IMG/VR virus record: IMGVR_UViG_3300045988_016231 | Location: 1-43,096 of that record | Length of the DNA stretch: 43,096 nucleotides | Strand: one strand, 5' to 3' | Source: a virus | Shown: positions 7,194 through 16,384 of the stretch, piece by piece | Position numbering within the stretch: the first letter of the stretch is position 1 | Layout of the letters: every line of letters begins with the position of its first letter | Position numbers and translations under genes: made by a program | Notes under the pieces: model-generated | The model's input: only the letters and a program-made list of their open reading frames with translations | Told to the model about the DNA's origin: nothing | Database searches by the model: none

Positions 7194-8170
7194 TATTTCA
7201 CCCTCTTTATTTTGGCTCGTTTCTTTTGTTCATCAGTCAGAATCGACTTAAACCCAACCGTTTCACGCACACAACTGCAACGGCAGTTATAAATATTCCA
7301 TCCGCTTGCGCCCATACTCTTGTCTCTTGGGAACATCATTTTTTCCCCTCCGACAATAAACGGCTCATCTTCCTTTTTCTTCTGCCCATCTGCTCTCATG
7401 TGTGCCAGTCGTGTCCGTGCGTCATGCCCTGCTACCCATTCTTTTTCTATGATTGCCCCTTTGCTTTTCAGATCGTCCGCCGCATCTTGCCTACCAGCCT
7501 CCATAGCGGTCAAGGTTGCCGTTCTTGCTGTCCGCAGTGCGCTTGCTCGGTTCATTTCCGGGATGCGGGCCTGTAAATCAGTTGCTATCTTTCCAATGCT
7601 CGTACCTGTTAAAAGCCCACGGGTCACCGTCTTTGTAATTTGTTTTTTTCCCCATGCAAGATCAATCCCTCTACGGAGCGCCTTTTTTGCGGGATAATAT
7701 GGCATCAAGTCCGGCTTTTCCAAAATAAGGCGACGGACAAGTTTTTCATTCCATTGCAAAAAATTTACGTTCGTAAGATTGCCTCGAATTGGTTTTGCAA
7801 GTTGCTCCTGCATCCATTGTCGGTTCATTGCGTAAATTTTTGCAATATCGTCGTTCACATAGGCGATAGCCACCTCGTTTGCCTTGGTCATCCGCTCGGC
7901 GATGCGCTCCCGGAGCGCCTGATACCGCTCGCCCCTGCCAATCTGATTAAGCCGCCATTGCTTATAATCCTGCTCCTTCCAAACTTTGCCATTGATTTCC
8001 GTGCCGATCAGGGCTTTCATTTCCTCATCCCGCTCACGGAACCGCTCAAAGTAGGCTTTCACAGTTTCGTCCAGGTCGTTCCGGGCCTCGCGGTACACCT
8101 TTGCAATGCGCTTTTCCAACGCGGCTAATTCCTTGTCTGTCAGTCGGTGGGCTTCATCAGGCTTTGGCAT
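7193..8170 (-). CDS. Head morphogenesis protein (SPP1 gp7 / Mu F family)
   Basis: 325 aa. It follows the portal gene. C-terminal ...HMRADGQKK...WNIYNCRCS motif. Confidence 0.8.
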   Translation of the reverse strand: MPKPDEAHRLTDKELAALEKRIAKVYREARNDLDETVKAYFERFRERDEEMKALIGTEINGKVWKEQDYKQWRLNQIGRGERYQALRERIAERMTKANEVAIAYVNDDIAKIYAMNRQWMQEQLAKPIRGNLTNVNFLQWNEKLVRRLILEKPDLMPYYPAKKALRRGIDLAWGKKQITKTVTRGLLTGTSIGKIATDLQARIPEMNRASALRTARTATLTAMEAGRQDAADDLKSKGAIIEKEWVAGHDARTRLAHMRADGQKKKEDEPFIVGGEKMMFPRDKSMGASGWNIYNCRCSCVRETVGFKSILTDEQKKRAKIKRVK

Positions 8171-8324
8171 CCTCCACCACCTCGGTTTCCGCCTTCATCT
8201 CTCTGCCAAGACACGCAAAAATATATTTTTCCGCCTGATTGCAGTCGGAAACGCTTTCAGAATTGAACTCTACATCCACCGACATCGAATAACTTCCAAA
8301 ACTATTCCGTGCGTTGACTGTCAT
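8157..8324 (-). CDS. Small hypothetical protein (55 aa, below the ORF-track cutoff)
   Basis: MTVNARNSFGSYSMSVDVEFNSESVSDCNQAEKYIFACLGREMKAETEVVEDAKA. It overlaps the portal stop and the MuF start and fills the 130-nt gap. Confidence 0.35.
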   Translation of the reverse strand: MTVNARNSFGSYSMSVDVEFNSESVSDCNQAEKYIFACLGREMKAETEVVEDAKA

Positions 8325-9708
8325 TTTCTGTTACCTCCACTTCCTCTTGCGGCTGGAAGTCTGTTTCTTCCTCCACCCGCTCGGTTTCCTCCGCCGCCTT
8401 TCGTTCCATCAGCGCGTCAAACTGGTCGGCGTCGCCGTTGATGGTCAGCAACTTCTTTGTGATGTACTCGTCATCGTAATACTCCGCGCCCATGAGGATG
8501 GTCTGTGTTTCCTCGGCCCGGTTGATGATACGGCTGCGTGTGTAGGACGGTTCATCGTCTATCCCAGCTACCACAAGGAGGCCGAGAATAAACTCTGTGA
8601 CGCTGGCTTCGAAATCATCCGCCTTCAAATCGAGCGGCGTATAACTGGCCTCGATGGCCGTAGCCGTCTGATTGCCAGCCGAAACCGCAGAACTGTCAAA
8701 TGCCTGGAAATCCTCATACAGCTTGCGCTTGAGCATATTGATTGTGGCGTCCGTTCCCTGAAACGGCGCCTCGATGGTGTGCGGCTCCGCCGTGGCCCCC
8801 TCGTCCTCCACACTTCCGGCGTGGACGATGTGCATGGTACGCACTTTGTCAAGGAATTTCTGATCGTCTAGATCATTCATGCCCCCGGCATTTTGCAGCA
8901 CCCAGTAAATCAGGTTGCCCTCGTCCACGTTGTTGACCATGTTGGAGGTGCAGAGATCAAGCGCGTCCAGCGTGTTTCTCTTGCCCACCAGCTCGGAGAG
9001 CGCGTCCTCTCCATTGCGCAGGGGCACGATGGGGAATGACGGATAGTTCTGCCCGGCGTAAATCTCTGTGCCGTCCGCCGGGGATGTCCGTACCCGCTGA
9101 ATGTATGGCCGCTTCTCTTTCAGCACGGTCATGTCCTCGCCCTTGCGCTGAATGTAGTCGGTATATCCGTCCACCTCATATAGCGTGGCCCGCATAGGCT
9201 TGTCCTCTGCTACCTGCCAGAACCGCACACCGGCCATCAGCGCCCCGTTTTCCTCATCGTAGAGGGGCGCAAACTCGGTCAGCTTAAACACGTCCACATG
9301 GTCCAGGTTGAACAAGCCGAAGGAGATTCCCGCGATCAGGGCATACCGGGCGGCCTTGACCATCATCAAGTCGAATTTCTTTCCCAGCTTCTCTTTTGTC
9401 GTCTCCTCCTGGAACGTAACGCCGTTGCCCAAAAGATAGGACACTTCCTGCCGCACATCAAAGCCAAAAAAGCTGGAGGCGATTTTGTGGTTGGCAGTGT
9501 ACATATCCCTATGAGCACGGCCTTGCATGTCGTATATGATTTTCTCATAGCGGTTAATGGTCGGGTTCTCGCCTTTAAAATACAGTTCAGCGTCTACCGC
9601 CATTTTATATGCCTTGCTGCTCTTATGCTGGTTAATTGCCTGCCGGATAAAATCCATTCTGACCTTTTCATCCTCGCCCGCAGCAAGCAAGTCCTGATAT
9701 GTAAGCAA
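8302..9708 (-). CDS. Portal protein (SPP1 gp6-like)
   Basis: 468 aa. Directly downstream of TerL. Acidic C-terminus. Confidence 0.85.
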   Translation of the reverse strand: MLTYQDLLAAGEDEKVRMDFIRQAINQHKSSKAYKMAVDAELYFKGENPTINRYEKIIYDMQGRAHRDMYTANHKIASSFFGFDVRQEVSYLLGNGVTFQEETTKEKLGKKFDLMMVKAARYALIAGISFGLFNLDHVDVFKLTEFAPLYDEENGALMAGVRFWQVAEDKPMRATLYEVDGYTDYIQRKGEDMTVLKEKRPYIQRVRTSPADGTEIYAGQNYPSFPIVPLRNGEDALSELVGKRNTLDALDLCTSNMVNNVDEGNLIYWVLQNAGGMNDLDDQKFLDKVRTMHIVHAGSVEDEGATAEPHTIEAPFQGTDATINMLKRKLYEDFQAFDSSAVSAGNQTATAIEASYTPLDLKADDFEASVTEFILGLLVVAGIDDEPSYTRSRIINRAEETQTILMGAEYYDDEYITKKLLTINGDADQFDALMERKAAEETERVEEETDFQPQEEVEVTENDSQRTE

Positions 9709-9712
9709 AAAA

Positions 9713-10909
9713 TCACCTCTCCCACAGTGGAATATATTGCGGCTGCCCCGCCTTACGCATCTTGTGGCGGAGAACTGTCATCACAAAGTATCGGATATCG
9801 TCCATTGCGTGGTCGTTTTCCTTGATTGGCTTGTCCTCCGTGGCTTTTTCATCCCATCGGTATAAACCAAACTCCCGGATAGCATCCTTGCAGGAGCGGT
9901 GAACTTTGATTGTCCCGTTCTCAATGTAGCGGCTGGTGGTGACGATTCCGGGAACCACATCATTGACCGCCTTATGCACCCGGAACCGCCGGTGCCGCCT
10001 GATGACCTCGATAAAGGACGCCGCAGACGGGTCAACCACCACGGAGCGCACTTGCAGATCTCCCGCCAGTTTCTCCAGCTCCGTGTAATATTCCTCGTCG
10101 GTCTTGCTGGCCTGCTCTGCCCGTCCAGAGTAGTAATACTCCCGTATCCGGGTCGCTGTCTTTCCGTCCCAGCACCACAGGCCAGCGGAGAAAGGGTTGA
10201 GCGTACCGTAGTCGCAGGAGATATAATACTCACCGCTCTCCGGCACATCATCAACAATGTTTTCCTTTCCGAACTTGTAGATCAGACCATCTGCCTGACA
10301 CCAAAGCCCCAAGATATAACGGTCATAATAAACCGTCCCGGTGTATTCCTTTTTCAGTTCCTCCACCACACGGGAAGGAAGCACACCGTCGTCAATTACA
10401 TAGGACTGTTGGTAGATGTCCGCATCACTGTCCAAAAATTTCTTGAACCAGTGTTCCGGGTTGTCCGGGTTGCACGTCCCGTCAAAATGGGAGTGCTCGC
10501 AGCGCAGACGGCTTTTGAGCATCTGGAACACGTCCTCGCTCCAAGTTGTCACCTCGTCACCGTACACATACTCGAAGGTCGCACCCTGAATGCGGGAGAC
10601 GTGCTTCTTGTTGTCTGCTCCAAGGGCATAAACCTTTTTCCCGAACAGTTCCACGGTGTTGTCGCTGCGGATAATCCCAATCTGCCCAGGCCACCACTGC
10701 CGCATGGGTTCCAGAATGTTCCTTTCGAGTGTCCCTCTGGTATTTCCAAGCAGAACCAAAAGTCCCTCGCCTCTTGCTGCTACAATTCGTTTTGGAATGG
10801 TAACTGTGAAATCCAGAAACGATTTTCCACTGCCCGTGGCTCCAGTCTTTACGTTCCACCTGTGACTACAGTTCTGGAGGTATTCCACCTGCTTTTCAGT
10901 CAATGGCAC
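9713..10909 (-). CDS. terL: Terminase large subunit (PBSX-type)
   Basis: 398 aa. Walker A motif KTGATGSGKS. Nuclease half with ...DHAMDDIRY. Confidence 0.9.
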   Translation of the reverse strand: MPLTEKQVEYLQNCSHRWNVKTGATGSGKSFLDFTVTIPKRIVAARGEGLLVLLGNTRGTLERNILEPMRQWWPGQIGIIRSDNTVELFGKKVYALGADNKKHVSRIQGATFEYVYGDEVTTWSEDVFQMLKSRLRCEHSHFDGTCNPDNPEHWFKKFLDSDADIYQQSYVIDDGVLPSRVVEELKKEYTGTVYYDRYILGLWCQADGLIYKFGKENIVDDVPESGEYYISCDYGTLNPFSAGLWCWDGKTATRIREYYYSGRAEQASKTDEEYYTELEKLAGDLQVRSVVVDPSAASFIEVIRRHRRFRVHKAVNDVVPGIVTTSRYIENGTIKVHRSCKDAIREFGLYRWDEKATEDKPIKENDHAMDDIRYFVMTVLRHKMRKAGQPQYIPLWER

Positions 10910-11345
10910 TCGGTATTCCCTCCAGCAGTTCCTTCGCCCGTTTCAGCCCATCAGAGTCACCCGGCATTTCGGGCTTGTCCCTCCACCTGTCCGGTCTTCG
11001 GTTCTTCAGCCAGAAGATTTGCGCCGTGGTATCCGGAATCACTGTCTTAACGGTCTGGATGACCTTTCGCCCGTCCTTTTCGCTGATCTCTACCCGCTCC
11101 TCCATGTACTCGTAGCCCAGGGCCCGTTTCAGAAGAGCGTTTTCCACCTGGATATCCACGATTTCTTTGCCCTTTTTTATGGCCTCCGAAAACTCAGGGA
11201 ACTTGTTTTTCCAATCGTATAGCGTGGTTGCGGATATACCAATCTTTTCCGCAAGCTGTTCATCTGTCAGCCCATCCCGTGCCCATCCTTCAAGTAGCAA
11301 GAGCCCATCCGGCTCCAGCCACCGTTGATATTTGCCTTTCGCCAC
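10896..11345 (-). CDS. terS: Terminase small subunit
   Basis: 149 aa, GTG start. HTH segment LTDEQLAEKIGISATTLYDWKNKF and QIFWLKNRRPDRWRDK. It overlaps the TerL start. Confidence 0.8.
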   Translation of the reverse strand: MAKGKYQRWLEPDGLLLLEGWARDGLTDEQLAEKIGISATTLYDWKNKFPEFSEAIKKGKEIVDIQVENALLKRALGYEYMEERVEISEKDGRKVIQTVKTVIPDTTAQIFWLKNRRPDRWRDKPEMPGDSDGLKRAKELLEGIPSAID

Positions 11346-11424
11346 AATGGGCTCACCACCTCAATCAAAATTTCCCGTACCCTCCCCCCTCCCATCATTT
11401 CAGCGAGACGGGCACGCCCTTGTA

Positions 11425-12063
11425 TCAAAGCTCCATATTGGGGTAAACATTTTCCCACACTTTCATATGGTAAATATTTACCTCGCCATAGTTAGCGTCG
11501 AAGATCTTTCTAACTCCATAGCCCATCCGCTCACTGACATTTTTCAGTTTTCTCCAGTCAAAGTCTTTATGAGATCGTCCGTTCATGTGTGCGACTCTCT
11601 TGATGGAATACCATTCCCTGCTTCTGTCCAGTTCTGCCTCCAGCGCTTTTCTTTTGTCCTGCTCTCCTTTTAAGGCTGTACACAACTGGATCATCACATC
11701 TGGATTCAAGATTGCCGCCTCAAGAGTTTCTGGGGTCATGTAAGCTCCATGCTTACGGACAGATGGAATCACTTCGCTTGTTACCCACCGCTTGAATTTT
11801 TTTGCTGTGGGAAGTTTGCTGGAGAGCACCAGAGAATACAGGCCACTCTCGTTGATGATGGTCATGTTTCTGGACTGGCTGCCGTCGTGAATCCCGACGT
11901 TAGCTTTATCCTCGTCATCCACGTGCCGATCGAGCGCATCACGTGGGTTGCTGTACCCCAGGGCCTGGGCAACATCCTTGCCTACCAGCCACGGTTCGCC
12001 CTTTACTTCAACAGTGCGGATGACTCCAAACTCTGGGCTTTCAAAGAGCTTCATTTTGTTCAT
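11425..12063 (-). CDS. Bro-N domain antirepressor-like protein
   Basis: 212 aa. N-terminal FESPEFGVIRTVEVKGEPWLVGKDVAQALGYSNPRDAL (Bro-N pattern). Confidence 0.75.
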   Translation of the reverse strand: MNKMKLFESPEFGVIRTVEVKGEPWLVGKDVAQALGYSNPRDALDRHVDDEDKANVGIHDGSQSRNMTIINESGLYSLVLSSKLPTAKKFKRWVTSEVIPSVRKHGAYMTPETLEAAILNPDVMIQLCTALKGEQDKRKALEAELDRSREWYSIKRVAHMNGRSHKDFDWRKLKNVSERMGYGVRKIFDANYGEVNIYHMKVWENVYPNMEL

Positions 12064-12824
12064 GTGAGAGGTCTCCTTTCGTATATGTTAGGAGAGGTGG
12101 CGGGGGCATATCCCGCCATGCGTTACCCCTCAATTTAAGCTTTCCGCCCCCGTCTCCCGCAACGAGGTGCGGCATATATACCCCTTCCGGGGTATGCTGC
12201 GGGTTTTGTCAGGCTTTCCGCGGGCCTGTATGTAATCCGCTGTGCGGTATCACATCAAAAGTCCATTTTCCTCTCGTCTGCGCTTGACGATACAAACGGC
12301 ATTTTGGCTTTAATGGTAAGTTCCTGTCTGGTGCCACCGCCCGCCTCATGTGGCGAGGAGCGGCGTATGTGGCCATCCCGCTTAATTGTCACACCACGTC
12401 GGGCAGTTTTCAGCGGGATAGCGCGTTTTTGACTCTCAAAGGCTGCCATTCTACCCGGAGTCGGCCAGCTATGGCTTACTGGCAGGCCGCTGGTGATTTC
12501 ACTGGCAAGATACGCGGCCCCGATTCGCCAGTATAGTGTCTTTCCACAGTCAGCTCCTTGGCCTTTGGAGCGCATTGTCTAATGCCCGTAAAGGGCGATG
12601 TTGCCGCATGGAGGGCGATGCCCTCCGGCCCGGATTCTTGGGCTGGTTCTGCCGTGCGGCGTATGTACCCCGGCAAGCACCGGGGTTGAGGAGGAAATAG
12701 AAGAAGCGAATGGGAGCGCAGGGGCATACGCTCCCACACTCCCATTGTCGCATACATATTTCTGCTCACTCATAAAACTTTATGAATTCGCAATATTTTC
12801 TATGAGATTATGAAAGTTTAGGGC
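12064..12824. ncRNA. Candidate large structured non-coding RNA region (class unknown, strand unresolved)
   Basis: 761 nt with no credible ORF. At least 8 perfect GC-rich stems, for example 12099-12117, 12178-12195, 12375-12419, 12485-12519, 12610-12626, 12667-12686 and 12711-12736. Repeated 11-mer GCGGCGTATGT at 12360 and 12656. Confidence 0.5.
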
Positions 12825-13037
12825 TTACTCTTCCTCCATTTTACAGAGTTCATCGAGGCTAATGTGATAATATGCCGCAATCAGCTTTAGGGCTGTCATT
12901 TTTGGCTCCACTTCCCCTCTCTCATATTTTCGTAATGCATCAGGGCTTAACCCCATTAGCTGTGATGTAACCGTCATGCTCCTGACCGGTCTCATAGACT
13001 CCCTTAACCTTCTTAGCCGCTCTGGAAACTCGTCCAT
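12825..13037 (-). CDS. XRE-family HTH protein
   Basis: 70 aa from MDEFPERLRRLRESMRPVRSMTVTSQLMGLSPDALRKYERGE... Confidence 0.65.
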   Translation of the reverse strand: MDEFPERLRRLRESMRPVRSMTVTSQLMGLSPDALRKYERGEVEPKMTALKLIAAYYHISLDELCKMEEE

Positions 13038-13050
13038 CCTATCACCATCC

Positions 13051-13251
13051 TTATAATCCCTGCTGTTCCAGAGGGCAGTCAAAGGATACTCTTTTTTTCC
13101 GCTTTCCTATTTCCTTGGATTCACAGTGGTCCACGTCTCCCACTCTACGGCATCCGGTATCTAATAGATGGTTGCAAAAGGGCGCATCCTTGGAATTATT
13201 GATACCTCGCCAGTAGACGCAGGTTTTCCCCTTGTCACAGATTTCGACCAT
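13051..13251 (-). CDS. Small Cys-rich protein
   Basis: 66 aa MVEICDKGKTCVYWRGINNSKDAPFCNHLLDTGCRRVGDVDHC... Its ATG overlaps the end of the -1-frame segment upstream. Confidence 0.45.
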   Translation of the reverse strand: MVEICDKGKTCVYWRGINNSKDAPFCNHLLDTGCRRVGDVDHCESKEIGKRKKRVSFDCPLEQQGL

Positions 13252-13548
13252 ATCTCTCCTCCCAGGGTTTAAACAGGTCATCTCCAACAATGGCCCTGAT
13301 CTGCTCGTCAATCTTTGCTTTGGCATAGACGAACTCACCATCGTCCTGCTGATCCTCACAGACCATATGTATGCGGTGCAGAAAGCCTCAGACCTACCGG
13401 GGCCAAGCTGGAGGACCTCGTGAGCGGCAATCATGGCAGCATCTTGTCCCATCTGCATCAGCATGTCCATTTTCAGATGGAAAAGAGCGTTATATTTGGC
13501 CTCCGCTTCTGCCTTGATACGGGCGAGGGTTGCGCTTGGTTTAGGCAT
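13235..13548 (-). pseudogene. Hypothetical early gene whose reading frame changes by -1 near 13365-13375
   Basis: Frame A reads MPKPSATLARIKAEAEAKYNALFHLKMDMLMQMGQDAAMIAAHEVLQLGPGRSEAFCTAY and then turns junk-like. The -1 frame gives protein-like MVCEDQQDDGEFVYAKAKIDEQIRAIVGDDLFKPWEERYGRNL (13366-13235). Confidence 0.45.
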
Positions 13549-13550
13549 CG

Positions 13551-13799
13551 TTATCTCTCCTTCGGCGGGTCTGGGAGGGGCATCCAGTGGGTGACTCTTT
13601 GTGCTCCAATCCTGCTCCACTCCCATCCAACAAAAGAACCGTCATAATATGGAATCCACTGTCTCTGCCTTTTCTGAATCGTAGCCTTTCCTTTGGGATA
13701 ACAGGACTTTAATGCTACTAAACAAGAGATTGTCTTTCTTCCTTTATTTTCGGGAAGTTCCTCCGGCAGCCTCTCCCTGACGCTAATCCACTCGCTCAT
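13551..13799 (-). CDS. DUF551-like protein
   Basis: 82 aa MSEWISVRERLPEE...VTHWMPLPDPP (characteristic DUF551 ends). Confidence 0.65.
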   Translation of the reverse strand: MSEWISVRERLPEELPENKGRKTISCLVALKSCYPKGKATIQKRQRQWIPYYDGSFVGWEWSRIGAQRVTHWMPLPDPPKER

Positions 13800-14211
13800 G
13801 CTGTCCGCCCTCCCCGTCGTGGATGGAGCCGATGACCGTCCAATTCCCACCGTGGATGCAATAGCCGCTTGTGTATGGTTCTCCAAAAGAATCATTTTCT
13901 ATATCATCTTCCCATACAACTGGTTCGGCATAAACGTTACGCTTTCCGTAGTAAAAGGTTTCCCGTCTTACAATATCCCCCTCAAAAATCTTCTTCCCGT
14001 TCTTGTCGGTCAGTCCGGTGTACTGGCAGACCGTGGAGGGGAGGACATTTACAGCATCATGCTGTAGTTTTCCTGTCGGCAGTATAAAGTTGGTTTTGCT
14101 GATAAGCATATAATATCCTTCCACCCATCTCCCCTTAACCTTCTCCCCATCCACCACAATGGTGTCCGGGCCGTCGCAGGGGTGGAAGCCTCGGAATAGA
14201 ATTTCACGCAT
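13783..14211 (-). CDS. YopX-family protein
   Basis: 142 aa MREILFRGF...CQYTGLTDKNGKKIFEGDIV...VIGSIHD. Confidence 0.75.
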   Translation of the reverse strand: MREILFRGFHPCDGPDTIVVDGEKVKGRWVEGYYMLISKTNFILPTGKLQHDAVNVLPSTVCQYTGLTDKNGKKIFEGDIVRRETFYYGKRNVYAEPVVWEDDIENDSFGEPYTSGYCIHGGNWTVIGSIHDGEGGQHERVD

Positions 14212-14225
14212 AAACAATTCCCCCT

Positions 14226-14387
14226 TCAGCAAATATCCTCTGCATGATAGAACACAAGTACCTGGTGGCACGGATTTTCTTTCCCGTCCTGCGCTGAGAA
14301 GATAACTCCGACAAAGTCGTTGTCTTTATAATCTCCCAGCATATCGACCAGTTCAGCCTTTGTCACTCGTTCTGTGCTACTTGCCAT
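14226..14387 (-). CDS. Small hypothetical protein (53 aa)
   Basis: [58 protein letters not shown] overlap with the upstream stop. Confidence 0.4.
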   Translation of the reverse strand: MASSTERVTKAELVDMLGDYKDNDFVGVIFSAQDGKENPCHQVLVFYHAEDIC

Positions 14388-14725
14388 TATTTCTTTTCCT
14401 CCTCCATCTCCAGCGCAAACAGCACCCTGGTAGCCGCATGGGCCAGGTGGTCGTTAGATGTATCTTCTGCAAGATAGGCTAACAAGTGTGTGATTGCCCG
14501 CCCGACGTGCTCCTTTGCAGGAATCAGCTTGTAGTTATACTCCGAATATTCGTGCAACATCTCGCTCTCCCAGCGCACATGTGAGACAGCCAGAAGTGCA
14601 CGTGGCGGCAGCCATTCGCTTTTATAAGGCCGTGCGTGCTGCTGTCCGCCTTGGACATTTGTGGTGACAGCCCCGCTGTTTGAGAGGCCCGCGTCTGCTT
14701 TGGCTTGCTGGTCATTGTTGCTCAT
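14387..14725 (-). CDS. DUF5664-like (dATP/dGTP pyrophosphohydrolase N-terminal domain-like) protein
   Basis: 112 aa. Pattern [12 protein letters not shown]...YNYK...[30 protein letters not shown]. Confidence 0.45.
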   Translation of the reverse strand: MSNNDQQAKADAGLSNSGAVTTNVQGGQQHARPYKSEWLPPRALLAVSHVRWESEMLHEYSEYNYKLIPAKEHVGRAITHLLAYLAEDTSNDHLAHAATRVLFALEMEEEKK

Positions 14726-15381
14726 TCGGTACCTCCGATGATCTCGTCCAGCTTGACGGATTCGCCGGGACGGAGGGCCGGGAACAAGTCTTTATCAATG
14801 TCCGTTATCCATCCACATGTATTGTTACTCAATCCGATTACTCCGCTATCCTTAATCCTTTCTACATACTCCGCTTTAGGGTAAAGCACTTGAATTGCCC
14901 TAAAAAGTTCCACCTCCTGCTGGGTGAAGCGGGGCTTGCGGATGATGCGGTCTGGGTGGTTGATGAAATCAATAAGGCAAGGCATGCCGGCAGGAAGCCA
15001 TTGTCCGTATCCACTCCCATTGTATTTCGGCATAGCATACTCTAAGGCGACACCACCGCTTACTCTGTAAATCGCTATGTCATTTCCAGAAACAGTCCAC
15101 TCTTCATCTACCTCAACCCCCAGCACCTCGCAAATTCTCGGCTTGTCCATGTTGGCCTCCTCCTTCGTATATGGCACCCAGCAAGTGCCGTCCTCTTTCT
15201 TGTGTTGGCAATCCTCATTTTCGCTCCAGTCGCAACAGGGGCCGCCGTGAGCACAGTCGCAGCACATACCTTCTACTGCGTTGGTTTCCTTATGTTTTGC
15301 CGTCTCCGGCATATCATCCTCCAGCGCATCTCTGAGTGCTTTGGCCGGGTTTAATACCTCCAGTGATTGCGAATAAAACAT
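14722..15381 (-). CDS. Hypothetical protein with an N-terminal Cys cluster
   Basis: 219 aa ...[23 protein letters not shown]... ATGA-type overlap downstream. Confidence 0.5.
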   Translation of the reverse strand: MFYSQSLEVLNPAKALRDALEDDMPETAKHKETNAVEGMCCDCAHGGPCCDWSENEDCQHKKEDGTCWVPYTKEEANMDKPRICEVLGVEVDEEWTVSGNDIAIYRVSGGVALEYAMPKYNGSGYGQWLPAGMPCLIDFINHPDRIIRKPRFTQQEVELFRAIQVLYPKAEYVERIKDSGVIGLSNNTCGWITDIDKDLFPALRPGESVKLDEIIGGTE

Positions 15382-15503
15382 ACTGTCCTCCGTTTCATTC
15401 TCTCCCCCGTCTCAGGGTTCCGAAACTTCATTTGATTTTCCTTCCTATCCACGGCAGCAGCCAGCCGAAGGTCAGCGCACCGGCCATATAGCCAAGCCAT
15501 AGT

Positions 15504-15650
15504 TCACTGCTCATGGGCGGCCTCCTTCCTTTCCCACTCCCTGCACCGCTGATCCGGCTCCGTGAAGTCGGCGCAGTACGGCGAATCCCCGTTGAAGCAC
15601 ACGCCCTGGAAGTCCTCGTACCAGGCGCAGGTGGCGCAGCACTTAGTCAT
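15504..15650 (-). CDS. Small Cys-rich protein (48 aa)
   Basis: MTKCCATCAWYEDFQGVCFNGDSPYCADFTEPDQRCREWERKEAAHEQ, preceded by GGGGGAGGAAAACCCCC. Confidence 0.45.
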   Translation of the reverse strand: MTKCCATCAWYEDFQGVCFNGDSPYCADFTEPDQRCREWERKEAAHEQ

Positions 15651-15948
15651 GGGGGTTTTCCTCCCCCATGTAGCAATATCCATCTGGCGGGACCGTATCC
15701 TTGATGTATGGGCAGAATATCCCGCCGGGGAAGGTTTTGAATGCTTCTCCGTGCCTGCATCGGGCGCACCTGACCACAGGCACGGCGTCGATGGTGGGAG
15801 TGTTCTCAATGCAATCCTCAATCATATCCGCCACTTCATAGGACATGAGCGTGTCGCCCATGTAGTTGCTCTTGTGCGTATCCTCATTGACACAGGGATA
15901 ATAGTTTAACAGCAATCTCCTTGCGGCTTCTAAATCACCCAGCCTCAT
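15643..15948 (-). CDS. Hypothetical Cys-rich protein (IDAVPVVRC family, copy 2)
   Basis: 101 aa ...ENTPTIDAVPVVRCARCRHGE...YCYMGEE. Confidence 0.5.
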   Translation of the reverse strand: MRLGDLEAARRLLLNYYPCVNEDTHKSNYMGDTLMSYEVADMIEDCIENTPTIDAVPVVRCARCRHGEAFKTFPGGIFCPYIKDTVPPDGYCYMGEENPHD

Positions 15949-16384
15949 GCTCGGCCTCCTCAAAATAGATGTTCCCACAATTGTCATACTTCATCTGCTT
16001 GTGCTGTACGCCTCTCAAGATGATGTACGCCCGCCTAAGCTGGCCGATGTCGAAGTAGCCGAAATGGCAGCCCTCAACTGGTATCTCCATCTCGTGGGCT
16101 AGCCAGCAGTAAAGGTCGTGCCGCTTCTTTCCGGCTTTTGGTTTCCCTTTCCAAAAGCTATCAAAGATAGCATGGCACATCTTCTTTCCTGTCCGCATCG
16201 GCTCGTCTGCCAACAGTCCAAGGGCTTCCCGTGGACGGGGCTTATGCGTCCCCACATAGGCCCCACACCGCTCACAGAGATAACAATAGCCGCTTCCGTA
16301 CTCCCGGCCATAGACACGGGCATTAGAGCCATAAGTGACAGGCCCGCCGCAGATATTACACCGGGTCGGATGGGTATTTATCAT
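15935..16384 (-). CDS. Zinc-ribbon protein (DUF3268-like)
   Basis: 149 aa MINTHPTRCNICGGPVTYGSN...CYLCERCGAYVGTH... Shine-Dalgarno AAAGGAGG. Confidence 0.5.
   Translation of the reverse strand: MINTHPTRCNICGGPVTYGSNARVYGREYGSGYCYLCERCGAYVGTHKPRPREALGLLADEPMRTGKKMCHAIFDSFWKGKPKAGKKRHDLYCWLAHEMEIPVEGCHFGYFDIGQLRRAYIILRGVQHKQMKYDNCGNIYFEEAEHEAG

Noticed and set aside
9899-11050. 383-codon plus-strand ORF
   Set aside because: It is entirely antisense to the well-supported TerL/TerS genes. Its translation is Pro/Arg/Val-rich junk with no Shine-Dalgarno. It is a typical shadow ORF in GC-rich coding DNA.
12255-12813. Overlapping 62-106-codon ORFs on both strands within the 12064-12824 gap
   Set aside because: They are mutually exclusive, lack Shine-Dalgarno sequences, and have Arg/Pro/Gly/Cys-rich translations. 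The region is better explained as structured RNA or non-coding DNA.
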